Below are positions 8,922 through 20,129 of a DNA stretch of 64,000 nucleotides, in pieces. How positions within the stretch are numbered: position 1 is the first letter of the stretch; each line of letters begins with the position of its first letter. Under the pieces are notes generated by a model that had not been told where the DNA came from, searched no databases, and saw nothing but the letters and a program-made list of their open reading frames with translations. The position numbers and the translations under genes are program-made. The stretch comes from a virus (Duplodnaviria; Caudoviricetes): positions 1-64,000 of the IMG/VR virus record IMGVR_UViG_3300032030_000028. One strand, given 5' to 3'.

Positions 8922-10775
8922 TTAGAATCCAAATTTATTTCTATATACACCATGCAGCTGATTCAGGGCGGCAAATGTGCCGGTAAGCTTCATGACTTTT
9001 CCTTTATAAGTGAATACCACGCCTTCGGCGGCACTCAGATTCTTATCTCCAATTCTTTTGATCTGAACCAGTGTCTTATTAATAGCATCTGGATCGTCGC
9101 TATCCATTATGGCGGTCCAGGCATGCAACATATCTTTTCTTAGCACATCCGTCACATAGCGCTCGCAGTTGGCATTGATAAATCCATCGCATATCTTCAT
9201 AAAGTCTATACCTATGCCCATGAATAACTCATCAAGCGGTTCCATGACTTTTTGGACATATTCCTTTCCCGGTCCCTTAAGTTCTTCATAATGATCCGGA
9301 TATACTTTCTTCAATTCGGTAACTCTAACGGTTTTGTCATCATTGAACCATCTGTTGAAGATCACATCCGTCATCTCGGTCATCCATTGGGGTTTGACTT
9401 CTTCAAATTTTTTCTTCTTCCATTCTTCTAGTGTTGCATTAAGATCTAAATCTAAATCTTTATATAGTTTTTTAATACCATCAATATACTTTTTCTTATA
9501 GCTTTCCGTATCCTCCATAGTTTTGATGATAATGTCTGGGCGCGGAGCTACCTGACTAGCATATACCCCGTGATTCACAATATCATATATGTCGTCTACA
9601 TGCCCTTCTACTTTCTTATATTCTTCCCAACCCTTTTCTCCTCTCTTATAGATCACATATCCATGGAAAGCTACCATATCGCTAGCATATATCATTACAT
9701 TGGTCTTGCCGGAAGTGATGCATTCGCAGTTGATAACCTTTCGGGTATCCGGTCTTGGATTGAAATATCGGGTTCCTAACTGTGAAAATATGCCTCGGAT
9801 AATCTCTCCAGCCTTTATGAATACATCCCGGACTCTCGGATTCATAGCCCATTTGTTAGCCATATCTCCGATAGTCATACCACCTTGTTCGGAATTCAGG
9901 TCGGACTTATTGCGGATAAACACTACCTCGCCATCTTCATTCATAGTAGCATAGATATTGGTACCGTCTAGTTTCTCCTTGACATGTTCCAGTTTACCGG
10001 AGAATAGGGTTCCGACAAGATTGCAGAGTTCCTTGCCTGTAAGTTCCGTGTAATCATAGGGGTGTGCCATATGTCCGGCGGCTCCGCCTTCTAAGATCAT
10101 ATTCAAGTAACCTCTCAGGCTCCGGGATTCTTTCACTCCTCCTTCCAGATCTCTCAAGAACCTTCCGAAAGCATCACAGAACTCTCCGAACATACCTCCG
10201 GTGCCTTTGGGCATCATCTTCTCGAATGAGGATTGATTTTTCTCTAATATAGATTTTCGGACTAGTGATCCGCTTACTCCGGAGCTCCGCCCATTGCCTA
10301 TATTAGGCTCTAGTTTGCCTTCCAGATCCGGAAAGCTCTTGATAAGAGTCTTGTATTTCTCTACCCGGTCGTCTCCACACATCAAATATTGTGGTTCATA
10401 TTCGCCTTCCTTGACTTTGTTATTGAAGTCTTCTATGGCCTCATAGGCATTTTTGACATAGATAATATCTATTATATCTTTCTTATAGTTCCGCTTGACT
10501 ATATCTAATTCTTTTTCAATAAGTTCGTTGGAAAAAGGTCGTTTCAGGATTTCTTTTTCTCTCTCGGTGAGATCTCCTTTGCCGGTCCTAGCAAATTCCG
10601 ATACTCTTTCTAGTTCTTGCTTGGATATTTTTTTACCTTTGATCTTAGAAGGATCCCGATCCGATGAATTGATTCTATATATAATACAAGGCAATTCCCC
10701 TTCCAATATCATATTGAGATGGCCTTGAGTAAACGGCTGAAATCTACCTATAGTTATATTGACTTTCTTTGACAT
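8922..10775 (-). CDS. Cytidylyltransferase-like domain fused to ligase-like nucleotidyltransferase domain
   Basis: GRFQPFTQGH, CGDDR, SGSLVRK in N-terminal half; GHMAHPYD, EKLDG, EGVVF, KLTG in C-terminal half. Confidence 0.7.
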   Translation of the reverse strand: MSKKVNITIGRFQPFTQGHLNMILEGELPCIIYRINSSDRDPSKIKGKKISKQELERVSEFARTGKGDLTEREKEILKRPFSNELIEKELDIVKRNYKKDIIDIIYVKNAYEAIEDFNNKVKEGEYEPQYLMCGDDRVEKYKTLIKSFPDLEGKLEPNIGNGRSSGVSGSLVRKSILEKNQSSFEKMMPKGTGGMFGEFCDAFGRFLRDLEGGVKESRSLRGYLNMILEGGAAGHMAHPYDYTELTGKELCNLVGTLFSGKLEHVKEKLDGTNIYATMNEDGEVVFIRNKSDLNSEQGGMTIGDMANKWAMNPRVRDVFIKAGEIIRGIFSQLGTRYFNPRPDTRKVINCECITSGKTNVMIYASDMVAFHGYVIYKRGEKGWEEYKKVEGHVDDIYDIVNHGVYASQVAPRPDIIIKTMEDTESYKKKYIDGIKKLYKDLDLDLNATLEEWKKKKFEEVKPQWMTEMTDVIFNRWFNDDKTVRVTELKKVYPDHYEELKGPGKEYVQKVMEPLDELFMGIGIDFMKICDGFINANCERYVTDVLRKDMLHAWTAIMDSDDPDAINKTLVQIKRIGDKNLSAAEGVVFTYKGKVMKLTGTFAALNQLHGVYRNKFGF

Positions 10776-10790
10776 ATAAAATAAGTTTTT

Positions 10791-11147
10791 TTATACCTTC
10801 CCGGTTTTAATAATTCTTTCTAATTCGTTTTGTGTATATGTGGGGAACTTCAAATATATATCAGGTAGTTGTGAGGTTTTGAATATCTTGATCACATCAT
10901 TGTCCCGGTCAAATGAACATTTCAGATTATCATCGAAATGCGCTATATCACACAAATATCTGTCTTCATAAAATCCTGTGCGCATCTCTCCATCCTGGTC
11001 AAAATCAGCAATTAGGAATATTTTATAATCTCCACTCCTCCACAATACTATATCTCCCTCTTCAAGATTCTCTTTCCGGGGTAGAGCTTGAGAGACCCCG
11101 ATAATGCCTTTCCGGCCTATTATAGATTCGGTTATTGATTTCATCAA
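10791..11147 (-). CDS. ESIIGRKG-tag family protein
   Basis: Starts MMKSITESIIGRKG; body resembles 6862-7287 (DIV..., DNL...DV..I). Confidence 0.8.
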   Translation of the reverse strand: MMKSITESIIGRKGIIGVSQALPRKENLEEGDIVLWRSGDYKIFLIADFDQDGEMRTGFYEDRYLCDIAHFDDNLKCSFDRDNDVIKIFKTSQLPDIYLKFPTYTQNELERIIKTGKV

Positions 11148-11232
11148 TGAATTTTTATTTGATTAAATAATATATTATATATCTGAAAACATATGCCCAG
11201 TAACTGTATTTTTTATACATAAAACACTAATA

Positions 11233-14223
11233 ATGAGAGATACTTTTATAGATATTCAGGCAAGCCGCCCATATAATGGAGATCCGCCGTATATATTTAG
11301 ATTCGATGAAGGACAATCCGTGGGATTGAATTATATTAAGAAAATCTGTATGGTTTCCGATAGCCCTAAGGCTGTTATCCAAACGGAAAAAGACCAGACT
11401 ATATTCCGTATTTTAAAAATGTCCAAAGACCTTCCGAACGATATGGAGACGGTTAAGATGAATCTTAAAGTATATGCTGATCTGGAAAGTCTTATTGCCG
11501 CAGATAATGAATGGGAGTGCGAGGGATTCCAATACAACCTAGCTTACGACATCACACAGGGCGATCCTCCAGGCGAGCCTACTAAGTGGGTATATATCTA
11601 TATGTTCTATATTCTCGGAAGATCAGAAGATCCTGGAGAATATACGGGAGCGTTTTGGATTAATGGAAGTGAATATCGCATATTAGCGGATTTTTATGCA
11701 GAAAATGAGATTTTAAAAGAAAATTTAAAAAATTTTGAAAGCAAACTTCCCGAAAGTATCCAGAAAGCGATTTATGAAAATGATGTTCACGAAGAACTGA
11801 ATGATAATATCCTCATCAACCGAAAAAACAAAGAACTGTTGATGAACTATATGGATATTATGGGCAACAAAGGTTCTTATGATTCTATTTTGAATTCTAT
11901 TAATTGGTTTGAATGGGGAGAACTTTTGAGATTGGAAGAATATTGGAAAAGATATCTTAATGATAACTTGGATTATGATTATTTCGCTACGGAACTCAAT
12001 CATCAGCTCACTCCCGAAGACCTCCATCAGCTTGCCAATCATGTAAAAACCACGTTTATAGGAATACATTGTGCATTAAATCGTCTTCAGATGGTTGATG
12101 GAAAAATGGCCTATCAAGATAGTTTCGGCCGTACTAATATCCAATCTATGACCAGCTGGCAGGACATGGATGCCTCTCATATGTATGCCCCCGGAGACAT
12201 GTATCGGTTATATGTCGAAGGAGATCATCTTATGGAACCCGCTATAATCGCTCCGATAAACTCCTTGCCGGGAGAGGAATGGGATGATTTAAATTCCTCC
12301 GACTTGAATCCTGAAAACATCGGACAGGGAACTCCGGCGGAGATTGGTACGGAAGAGGTTATGACAAGTGAGCAATTCGATCAATACTATCCCGGCACTA
12401 TGAAACCAGGAAGCAATACTCCGGGGAACTGGGCGGAAGTAGATAATCCTGACGGGACCATAACCTGGATAGAAGTAACCGAGGGCAATACCGGGACTAT
12501 ACCTTCGGGTGCCAAGTTTTGGGAAATAAATTTCAATTATGTATATAATGAGCAAATGCCTAATGTATTAAGACAGTTTGCTATGTGGTCGGGACAGGAT
12601 CTTTCTTTGAAGATGACAGTATTAGGTAATTTCTTTTCATCTTTCTTCATGCCTATACATCTTGACTTGATTCATTCTTGCATAGAATATTGGGCTTATG
12701 CTTATGCCCTGAAATTGATATATACCCAATCTTCGGATCAAAAAGGATATATAATCGGACCGGAAAGCTTCGATATGATATGGGATAGTGATCTCAAGAT
12801 AGCTCCCCATCCCGAAACCAGAATATATAAAAATACACTGTTCAAGAATTATAATACGGAAAAAGTGTTCGGATTCTCTACAGATGTTTCGGATCACGAA
12901 CTACCGGATTCCGGAGAGGATATTAAAAAATATAATGAAGATATTTTAAAATATTTTTACGCGGGAGAATGCTGCCCGATAAGATTCATAGGCAAGATAT
13001 ATTCAAAAACGGACGATCCCGATATATCTATATATGAACAGAAGCTGATATGGATCAGAAACGGTGGATCTAGCGAATTTATAAAAGACGATATTCCTTC
13101 TTATCACGAATATCATTTCTTCAAATACCTCAATCAGGACGACCCGGATGCCGATGAATATTATAAAATTAATGATTCGAACAGAGATTTATTGATAGAA
13201 TATATTCAAGATCCGACACAAGGCATACCTAACGATGGGCATACATATTCAAAGAATTTCGGTGGCATAATATCAAATGTGAGCATAACTCCGGATGAAG
13301 AATATGTAAAAGACAGCATTACACAATATACTCACGGGCATTTTTATATGGAAGAAGATGGAAATATGTCACCTATAACGGATTCTAATAAAAGTGCTCT
13401 TGAAAAATCCCGTGCTAATACCTATTCGAAAATGGGGGTATTTAATTTAGATTTCAACATAGGATTCAAAGAATCCGGAAAATTCGAGCTCCGTATAGAA
13501 TTCAAAGCTACCAATGGCCGGGTTTATTGCAAGACGTTCCATATAGATATATCGGACTTCATGCACAATAAGGTAGAGGTCATGAAATTAGTACCCGCGG
13601 AATATACGGATTGGGCCTCGGTAGAATCTCCGTTGAATTTATACCAGTATGCCGGTTTGCCCGAAAAGTTTGAAGACCGGGATGTCGCACTACAAAGTCA
13701 TTTCTTCTCCACCGAGCATGCTGGAGATCCCTCTATGGCGGGTCTTAATCATACTATTATAGGTATTGTTGAAAAAGATTACCGATTCAACGGCGATCCG
13801 GAGTTTGATCACGATATGAATAAAACCATATGGCACAGGGAATCCGATTTGGATATGGCGGAAGGTATTTCGGGCCCGCGTTCGGAATCTCCGTTTGAGG
13901 GAGTTGTGATAAAATGGATGAGAGATGGGGAATCTGCTGTATGGAGATCTGATGATGACCCTAGCAAATGGCCGGAAGAATGGGGCGAGTATACTGAAGC
14001 AAAATCTGATGAGTATGCCGGTGTTAATATCCCGGATACTTATAAATCCGGAAGATTAAACAAACTAGTTTCCGATTTAGAAGATGTTTTTCCCGATTAT
14101 TGGTGGAGTTGGGACAGAATCCAGATATCGAAAAGAGGTGAAATAAATGTTAAAGCATATCCATTTGATCCTTACCCAAAAGGAGAGGAGAAAGAATATC
14201 CGGACGAATATCCGGCACAATAA
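11233..14223 (+). CDS. Large putative virion (baseplate/tail) protein
   Basis: 996-aa acidic ORF; KGSY.S..NSI.WF segment resembles baseplate-wedge proteins; function inferred. Confidence 0.55.
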   Translation: MRDTFIDIQASRPYNGDPPYIFRFDEGQSVGLNYIKKICMVSDSPKAVIQTEKDQTIFRILKMSKDLPNDMETVKMNLKVYADLESLIAADNEWECEGFQYNLAYDITQGDPPGEPTKWVYIYMFYILGRSEDPGEYTGAFWINGSEYRILADFYAENEILKENLKNFESKLPESIQKAIYENDVHEELNDNILINRKNKELLMNYMDIMGNKGSYDSILNSINWFEWGELLRLEEYWKRYLNDNLDYDYFATELNHQLTPEDLHQLANHVKTTFIGIHCALNRLQMVDGKMAYQDSFGRTNIQSMTSWQDMDASHMYAPGDMYRLYVEGDHLMEPAIIAPINSLPGEEWDDLNSSDLNPENIGQGTPAEIGTEEVMTSEQFDQYYPGTMKPGSNTPGNWAEVDNPDGTITWIEVTEGNTGTIPSGAKFWEINFNYVYNEQMPNVLRQFAMWSGQDLSLKMTVLGNFFSSFFMPIHLDLIHSCIEYWAYAYALKLIYTQSSDQKGYIIGPESFDMIWDSDLKIAPHPETRIYKNTLFKNYNTEKVFGFSTDVSDHELPDSGEDIKKYNEDILKYFYAGECCPIRFIGKIYSKTDDPDISIYEQKLIWIRNGGSSEFIKDDIPSYHEYHFFKYLNQDDPDADEYYKINDSNRDLLIEYIQDPTQGIPNDGHTYSKNFGGIISNVSITPDEEYVKDSITQYTHGHFYMEEDGNMSPITDSNKSALEKSRANTYSKMGVFNLDFNIGFKESGKFELRIEFKATNGRVYCKTFHIDISDFMHNKVEVMKLVPAEYTDWASVESPLNLYQYAGLPEKFEDRDVALQSHFFSTEHAGDPSMAGLNHTIIGIVEKDYRFNGDPEFDHDMNKTIWHRESDLDMAEGISGPRSESPFEGVVIKWMRDGESAVWRSDDDPSKWPEEWGEYTEAKSDEYAGVNIPDTYKSGRLNKLVSDLEDVFPDYWWSWDRIQISKRGEINVKAYPFDPYPKGEEKEYPDEYPAQ

Positions 14224-14233
14224 ATAAGTTATC

Positions 14234-17200
14234 ATGGCGAATCAAGTAATATTATTAGATTGGAACGGCAATCCGTTCACGGATATATATGAAGTTAGTT
14301 ATATTGGCGAGCGATTGGCATTTGTGCCGCAGATTACAATAGGCGGCCAAAATCAATTAGAAAAAGATTTCTGGGTTAGGTATTATACCCTAAACGATGA
14401 TAGTACCGAAATAACGGGGTGTGTTATGGTAGGCCCCGCTAGCTTGCCGGAAAATGATCCGCGACGTGTAGGAGAGAAAGGATTGACCCCAGACGCCATG
14501 CACGTGCTAGGATTGACGAATATCTATGATGAAGATGGTTTGATAGGCAGTGCCGGATCGACCAAAAAACTTATAACATTCGAGATATTCGACGACATGG
14601 AAACCTCCCCAGGCGTTCATGAACCAGATTTAAGATCCCCGATATGGGCTAAAGGAGGATTTACCTGGAATGGCAAGCCCGTTATAGATGAAGGTGTATT
14701 TGAAGAGCCGATTCCGATAGTTGCCGAAGGGGAAGGCCCGAAGCCATATATTTTTCAATTAAACCCGGCAAAACCTACCGTTACCTTTATTGGCGATGTA
14801 GAAGAAATAGAATTTGATCCTAATAATCCGGATGAAGTATATTATGCATCCGGCTATGAACTGGCTTATTCTAATGACTATCGGTTTTTATTCAGAGATG
14901 CTATAGAACGGCGGATCATAGCCATATCTGCGGAGAACCCCAATGACCTTGTGGTCTCCGGAAAAGGAGCCGAATCGGAAACAAAAACATATACCTCGGG
15001 AATACGTCCTTCTGATTTGCGAGTTGTTATGGGAGATAATCCCGGAGAAAATCCGGATCTTTGGAGAAATTTTGCTCCTTTATTTAAAATCAAAAGACAG
15101 ATCAAACTTATCATTCGCGGACAGGTCGCGGAAGGTTCAGGAATAGGAATACCGGTATCGGCTACTAAAGTATATGATGGGAGGCCATTATGTCCGGTTG
15201 TTGAAAACAGCCAGTCCGGAGTAACCGTAGAATATAGTGAAGATGGCATTAATTTTAGCTCTTCTCCAATATCTATAACCGATGCCGGTACAAAATATGT
15301 CACTGTCCGGGTATCCGGAATTTCGGAAGAAGCTTTGTATGGATATTATAGTATCACCGTAACTCCCCGTCCCATATACATAACGTCGGATTCAGCTTCT
15401 TGGGATTATAATGGAGGAAAAAATACGTGTGACTGGGTGACCGTGCAAGGTCATTATGATGCGGAAACGAGTTCTCTCCGTATACCATCAAGATTCGAAC
15501 CAATGGACCCCGAAGATCCGGATTACGACCCCGAACATCCTAGGATGACAGGGGATATCCCTCTTATAAAACCCGGGGATTATATGAAAGTGGAATTTAA
15601 AGGAGGACAGGCAGAAATCGGGTCTTCAAGCAATGCCTTTGATTTTGAAGTAATATCCGCTAAACCTAATAATTATGATATAAGGATAGAATTCGGCTTA
15701 TTGAAAGTCAATCTTGGCTCGCAAGATATATATGTATTTATCCGTGGTAATACCAAGGGCACTTGGTATGATCCGGACGATTTTTCCGACCCTGCTACTA
15801 AAAACTACATCATCTGGGATAATAGTTTTATTCAGGAAAAAGATAAAGTCTGTACATATAATGGGGGGATCTGGACGACTACTGGCTGGCAGGTAGTGGC
15901 AGTAACCGACGATTTTTTGGTTTTACCTGATCCTTTTAATTTACATGAAGAAATATCCATACCCACCGGCAACGATTTGTCCGAAATATATGGAGTTAAA
16001 GATTTTGAATTTATAGGTAAAGAAACAGATGCGGAAGTTTCGGGTGTATATATTAACGATATCGTTGATAATGAAGATGTAAATTATTGGAAATCTGTAG
16101 AATACCGTTCTTTGTTATCCGCCGACAATTTTAAAAATATCAATACAGGATTTTCTTCAAGATACATTCATTTTGTAGTCAGTCCTAATAGGTTGCTGAT
16201 ATCTAAAAATCAATCGACAATATCCATTACCGGGCACCATAATACATTCGACTTCAATATGATCAAACCTTTGGGTGGAGACAATTGGATTCCAGAATTC
16301 AGAACGGTTGAAGGATGCGATTTTGTTGCGGATAACCCGATCTATGATACATCGGATATAATTTATCGCAAACCTAATCCCCGCGGCGGCAAAGATTTAA
16401 CCAAGCCGCTTATATCGGCCGGTACGGTGAATGAAGAGAATGAAGATCCCGAAGATGGAAAATGGTATATGAATCTTGAAAACGACATTCATGACGGAGA
16501 GTCCGATAAGGACGCACCATTTGTTCCGGTTCCGCTAGAGGATCCGGATTATCCTAATAAAGGAAGCTTTATTAACACTAATAAGAATTTCGAAGTTTCA
16601 TTTGATGTTGCGGAAGACGGTTGGATTTTAATAGAACCTATTGATGTCGAGGTATACATCCGGGGCACTCAAAAAACAGTGGTTTACGATGCAAATGAAC
16701 ATGACATTATCGGTACCCGAGAAGTTCCCGAAATTTGGTGGCGATCGGATTGTGTATTTTACAACTGGGAATCTATGGCGGAGGCTGTAGCCAACGAAGA
16801 TACTTTAGAAAGTGGCGTGCATTGGATATGGCAATACAAAGAGCAAACCGAAGAATCCGAAACGATAGACAGTTCTACCCAAACTCTCAAATCTACCGAA
16901 AAAGAAAAAAGAACCACGTATTACCGGGCTATTCATGAGATGAAATATTTCGAGTGGGATGAAGATGGAGATACCGGAGAGCATACAGATATCAACGAGA
17001 CGGACACAACCCCCGACGACTCTCAGTATTGGGAATCTGCGTCTTATCCTATGGAAGATTTGATTGAAAGCAATTTTTATGCAGATGACGAATCTGAATT
17101 CAACGAGAATCTGGATTATCCGAATCATATTTATAAAAACATCATACCGGAATTCATTATAATCGAAAAAGGTTCATTGACTATTACACCATACCCGGAT

Positions 17201-19165
17201 ACGGTATCTGTGTATATAGCTGGTGAGACCCTAGATAATCAAGATTATACCGGAAGCGAACAAACTGTATCCGGATATAAGTCTAAAGATACGGACACTC
17301 CGATATATGATCCGGAGAGCGATGAATATGTATCCGGACCTGAAGATCCCGAAGCCCGCGGTACTGATCCCGGAGTTTATGTAATGGGATTAAGTTCAAA
17401 TGATTTTAAAAATATTAATAAAAATTTCTCTAAAGTCGTATTTATTGTAGTCGATGGATGGATCCAGATTGGAAATACCGATATAGATCAGGAAGTCACT
17501 GGTGAAGAGGCAAAATATAAAATATTTGACAATTCCGCTTTAGAGATTGAAGATCCTGCTGGCGTATCGAGTCCAAAAAGATATGAACAAAATCCCGACT
17601 ATGACCCAAGCGACCCGGATTCTTCCGAATGGATCGAAAAGTCCGGAAATCTCGAGGTCTATGACAGTGGGAATTATCAATTCAAAATAGAATCGAACAA
17701 GACGGGCAGTGTTCTGGATATTAAGACTTCCGGAAAAATAATTCCTTTATATTTATCTATTTCATCAGCTAGCGAGACTTGGATATATGATGGAGAAGCT
17801 CACCACAACCATGATATATCCATGAAATTGATTAATTCCGAAAATGCTCTTAATATAAATTCTGCTTTAGATTTTGCTAATGAAATTACAAGCACGATAG
17901 AAGAGTCCTCTATGCCCGAAATCCGAGAGACTGGAACTATTTCAAATGAATTTGCAATCGGAAATGTGAGTGATCTATTCGATGCAAATGTCCAAAACAA
18001 GAAATATGTCATTAATGGATATCTATATGAAGATGGTGAAAAAATCGGAAAATGGGATCCGAACAGTACACCGACACCTAATGTGATTATTACTACATAT
18101 TTCGGCACATTAGAAGTATCTACAGGAATCAATACGGTAACCATCAAAGGATTGGAAAAAACAATCTTGTATGATGGAAGACCGCATTCCCTCCGAGGTT
18201 ATACTGTCAATCCTCCTATAAATATTCCTTTAGCGGCGGGTATAAATCCGGAAGAATTTTATGAAAACACTATAGATAAAATTAAGGCTAGCGACGACCC
18301 ATACAGGACCGTGCTCGCGGAAGATAATTTTGATTGGCCGGCTAATGTCGTCAATCGCGTTATTGATGGAGATGTGTTATTAAAAATAGACAAGCGTCCG
18401 CTTCTGATCACAACAGGTTCGGATACTTCGCATTTTGACGACGAGGATCCCGAGCATGTGGCAAAAAACGAAACCTTTAATGCATACGGATTAGCGGATA
18501 CGGATTGTATATCTCCTAGTGCATGGACTAGCATAACTTCCGGTTCTTCTCCAAATGAAATGACCTATGAAATAATAGGCATTGAAGACGGACAAGATAC
18601 TTCTTCTAATTATATTGTTGCCGAGAAGTGGGGACTGCTTAAAATCCGACATGCGTCCGATGCTTCTATGTATTATAGAATATTGGGTATTCGTAAAAAT
18701 ATAACTTCGCCGGATACCGATAAAGTCAAGATTTATGGATTGAAACATATAGATGGCATTTTGCGGATGGTTGATGAAGATCGTTTTTACCCGGCCCTCC
18801 ACAAACTCATGCCTATTTCCGAAGACGGGTCCGTGGATCCGGGAGATGTAATTTGTATAGTTCCGGTATTCAAACATGGTAAAAAAATTGAAAATGTGAC
18901 TTGGATGTTCGAAAATAAGAGCACCGGCGAAAAGATATTCTCTAAGGTATATGACAGGCCAATATTCCCGGACGGAAATTATGGTGGGGCTTGGATGAAT
19001 TATAAAGATTATGGGGGATTGGCGGATACTCCCGTGTTAAATGTAACTCCTCGCGAGATGAAACCGGGTTATTATGATATTACTGTTAATTATAGAATGG
19101 ATAAGACTGATTATTCTCAAAAATTCTCTAGCGTATTTGTCGTTGAAAAAAAGAAAAAATCATGA
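14234..19165 (+). CDS. Large putative virion surface protein with MBG-like repeats
   Basis: Repeated K.VYDG / I.PRP..IT.DSA / G.L.I segments typical of MBG/Ig-like adhesin repeats. Confidence 0.6.
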   Translation: MANQVILLDWNGNPFTDIYEVSYIGERLAFVPQITIGGQNQLEKDFWVRYYTLNDDSTEITGCVMVGPASLPENDPRRVGEKGLTPDAMHVLGLTNIYDEDGLIGSAGSTKKLITFEIFDDMETSPGVHEPDLRSPIWAKGGFTWNGKPVIDEGVFEEPIPIVAEGEGPKPYIFQLNPAKPTVTFIGDVEEIEFDPNNPDEVYYASGYELAYSNDYRFLFRDAIERRIIAISAENPNDLVVSGKGAESETKTYTSGIRPSDLRVVMGDNPGENPDLWRNFAPLFKIKRQIKLIIRGQVAEGSGIGIPVSATKVYDGRPLCPVVENSQSGVTVEYSEDGINFSSSPISITDAGTKYVTVRVSGISEEALYGYYSITVTPRPIYITSDSASWDYNGGKNTCDWVTVQGHYDAETSSLRIPSRFEPMDPEDPDYDPEHPRMTGDIPLIKPGDYMKVEFKGGQAEIGSSSNAFDFEVISAKPNNYDIRIEFGLLKVNLGSQDIYVFIRGNTKGTWYDPDDFSDPATKNYIIWDNSFIQEKDKVCTYNGGIWTTTGWQVVAVTDDFLVLPDPFNLHEEISIPTGNDLSEIYGVKDFEFIGKETDAEVSGVYINDIVDNEDVNYWKSVEYRSLLSADNFKNINTGFSSRYIHFVVSPNRLLISKNQSTISITGHHNTFDFNMIKPLGGDNWIPEFRTVEGCDFVADNPIYDTSDIIYRKPNPRGGKDLTKPLISAGTVNEENEDPEDGKWYMNLENDIHDGESDKDAPFVPVPLEDPDYPNKGSFINTNKNFEVSFDVAEDGWILIEPIDVEVYIRGTQKTVVYDANEHDIIGTREVPEIWWRSDCVFYNWESMAEAVANEDTLESGVHWIWQYKEQTEESETIDSSTQTLKSTEKEKRTTYYRAIHEMKYFEWDEDGDTGEHTDINETDTTPDDSQYWESASYPMEDLIESNFYADDESEFNENLDYPNHIYKNIIPEFIIIEKGSLTITPYPDTVSVYIAGETLDNQDYTGSEQTVSGYKSKDTDTPIYDPESDEYVSGPEDPEARGTDPGVYVMGLSSNDFKNINKNFSKVVFIVVDGWIQIGNTDIDQEVTGEEAKYKIFDNSALEIEDPAGVSSPKRYEQNPDYDPSDPDSSEWIEKSGNLEVYDSGNYQFKIESNKTGSVLDIKTSGKIIPLYLSISSASETWIYDGEAHHNHDISMKLINSENALNINSALDFANEITSTIEESSMPEIRETGTISNEFAIGNVSDLFDANVQNKKYVINGYLYEDGEKIGKWDPNSTPTPNVIITTYFGTLEVSTGINTVTIKGLEKTILYDGRPHSLRGYTVNPPINIPLAAGINPEEFYENTIDKIKASDDPYRTVLAEDNFDWPANVVNRVIDGDVLLKIDKRPLLITTGSDTSHFDDEDPEHVAKNETFNAYGLADTDCISPSAWTSITSGSSPNEMTYEIIGIEDGQDTSSNYIVAEKWGLLKIRHASDASMYYRILGIRKNITSPDTDKVKIYGLKHIDGILRMVDEDRFYPALHKLMPISEDGSVDPGDVICIVPVFKHGKKIENVTWMFENKSTGEKIFSKVYDRPIFPDGNYGGAWMNYKDYGGLADTPVLNVTPREMKPGYYDITVNYRMDKTDYSQKFSSVFVVEKKKKS

Positions 19166-19473
19166 TTTATGTAATAAATATACTAACTCCCACACGCCAA
19201 GGCGATGCTTACGATTTAGTAGCTATTAATAAATTTCCGATAATCTACCGGACTTCCCGGAAGCCGGATGAGTTCCTGCACGATTCGTGTATGATAGAAC
19301 AGATGAAATCCTTAATTCTTAATAAAACTACATATAATCATTCCGTATTATATATACGATGTATAAATAACGACATGACATTTAAGGATTACGAATATCC
19401 GGTCAAGGATATTTTGAAATCTTTTGAAGTGTCCGATAAAAAACAAGATACAAAAAATGGCAAAGAAAAGTAA
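19162..19473 (+). CDS. Hypothetical protein
   Basis: ATGA overlap with upstream gene. Confidence 0.65.
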   Translation: MIYVINILTPTRQGDAYDLVAINKFPIIYRTSRKPDEFLHDSCMIEQMKSLILNKTTYNHSVLYIRCINNDMTFKDYEYPVKDILKSFEVSDKKQDTKNGKEK

Positions 19474-20059
19474 TTATACTCCTAAAGACCTCATGGATGA
19501 CCTTTTTGGTGGAGATGATCTTCCGATCGATGGTGTAGAAGACGTATATACCATAGATACCGATCTTATCAACAAGGAAAGCAATATTATGGCTACCTCC
19601 CTGATATCTTCGGTGTTGAGGCTTTATAACAATAAAGATTTTGTGGACGAACATCCAGATTTCAAGAAGAGAATAGATACAGAGATCGAATCTTTGAAAA
19701 GAATGTATAAGATGATCAAAACGGATGAGATTGTTCATGATCATTTAGTGCAAGCTATATCTAAAAATCCCGGCAATGCTTCGCTGTATATGTCTATGAC
19801 CAAACTTCAAGAAAAAATTTCTTCATTAGACGGTGATATCAAACGGATCTTGGATGGTTTAAATAAGATATGTGCTAATTACCAGATGGAGCTTAACTTC
19901 GAGCAAACCCGCAAATCCACGGAAGACGAGTCATCATATGATGAGACGGGGGTGGTTACTCGGGGCAACAAAGCGTTTATAGATCTGATGAATGCGGATC
20001 TAGAGGATGATGATGAATTTGATGAAGAGGACGAACTTGGAGAGTTCGAAAAAGAATAA
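19457..20059 (+). CDS. Hypothetical helical protein with acidic C-terminus
   Basis: Start re-called at MAKKSN. Confidence 0.75.
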   Translation: MAKKSNYTPKDLMDDLFGGDDLPIDGVEDVYTIDTDLINKESNIMATSLISSVLRLYNNKDFVDEHPDFKKRIDTEIESLKRMYKMIKTDEIVHDHLVQAISKNPGNASLYMSMTKLQEKISSLDGDIKRILDGLNKICANYQMELNFEQTRKSTEDESSYDETGVVTRGNKAFIDLMNADLEDDDEFDEEDELGEFEKE

Positions 20060-20129
20060 AATTATTATACATGGGTTAAGATTTCTCGAAATAGATTATA
20101 TAAGATCAAATATCAAAACCCTTATATCT

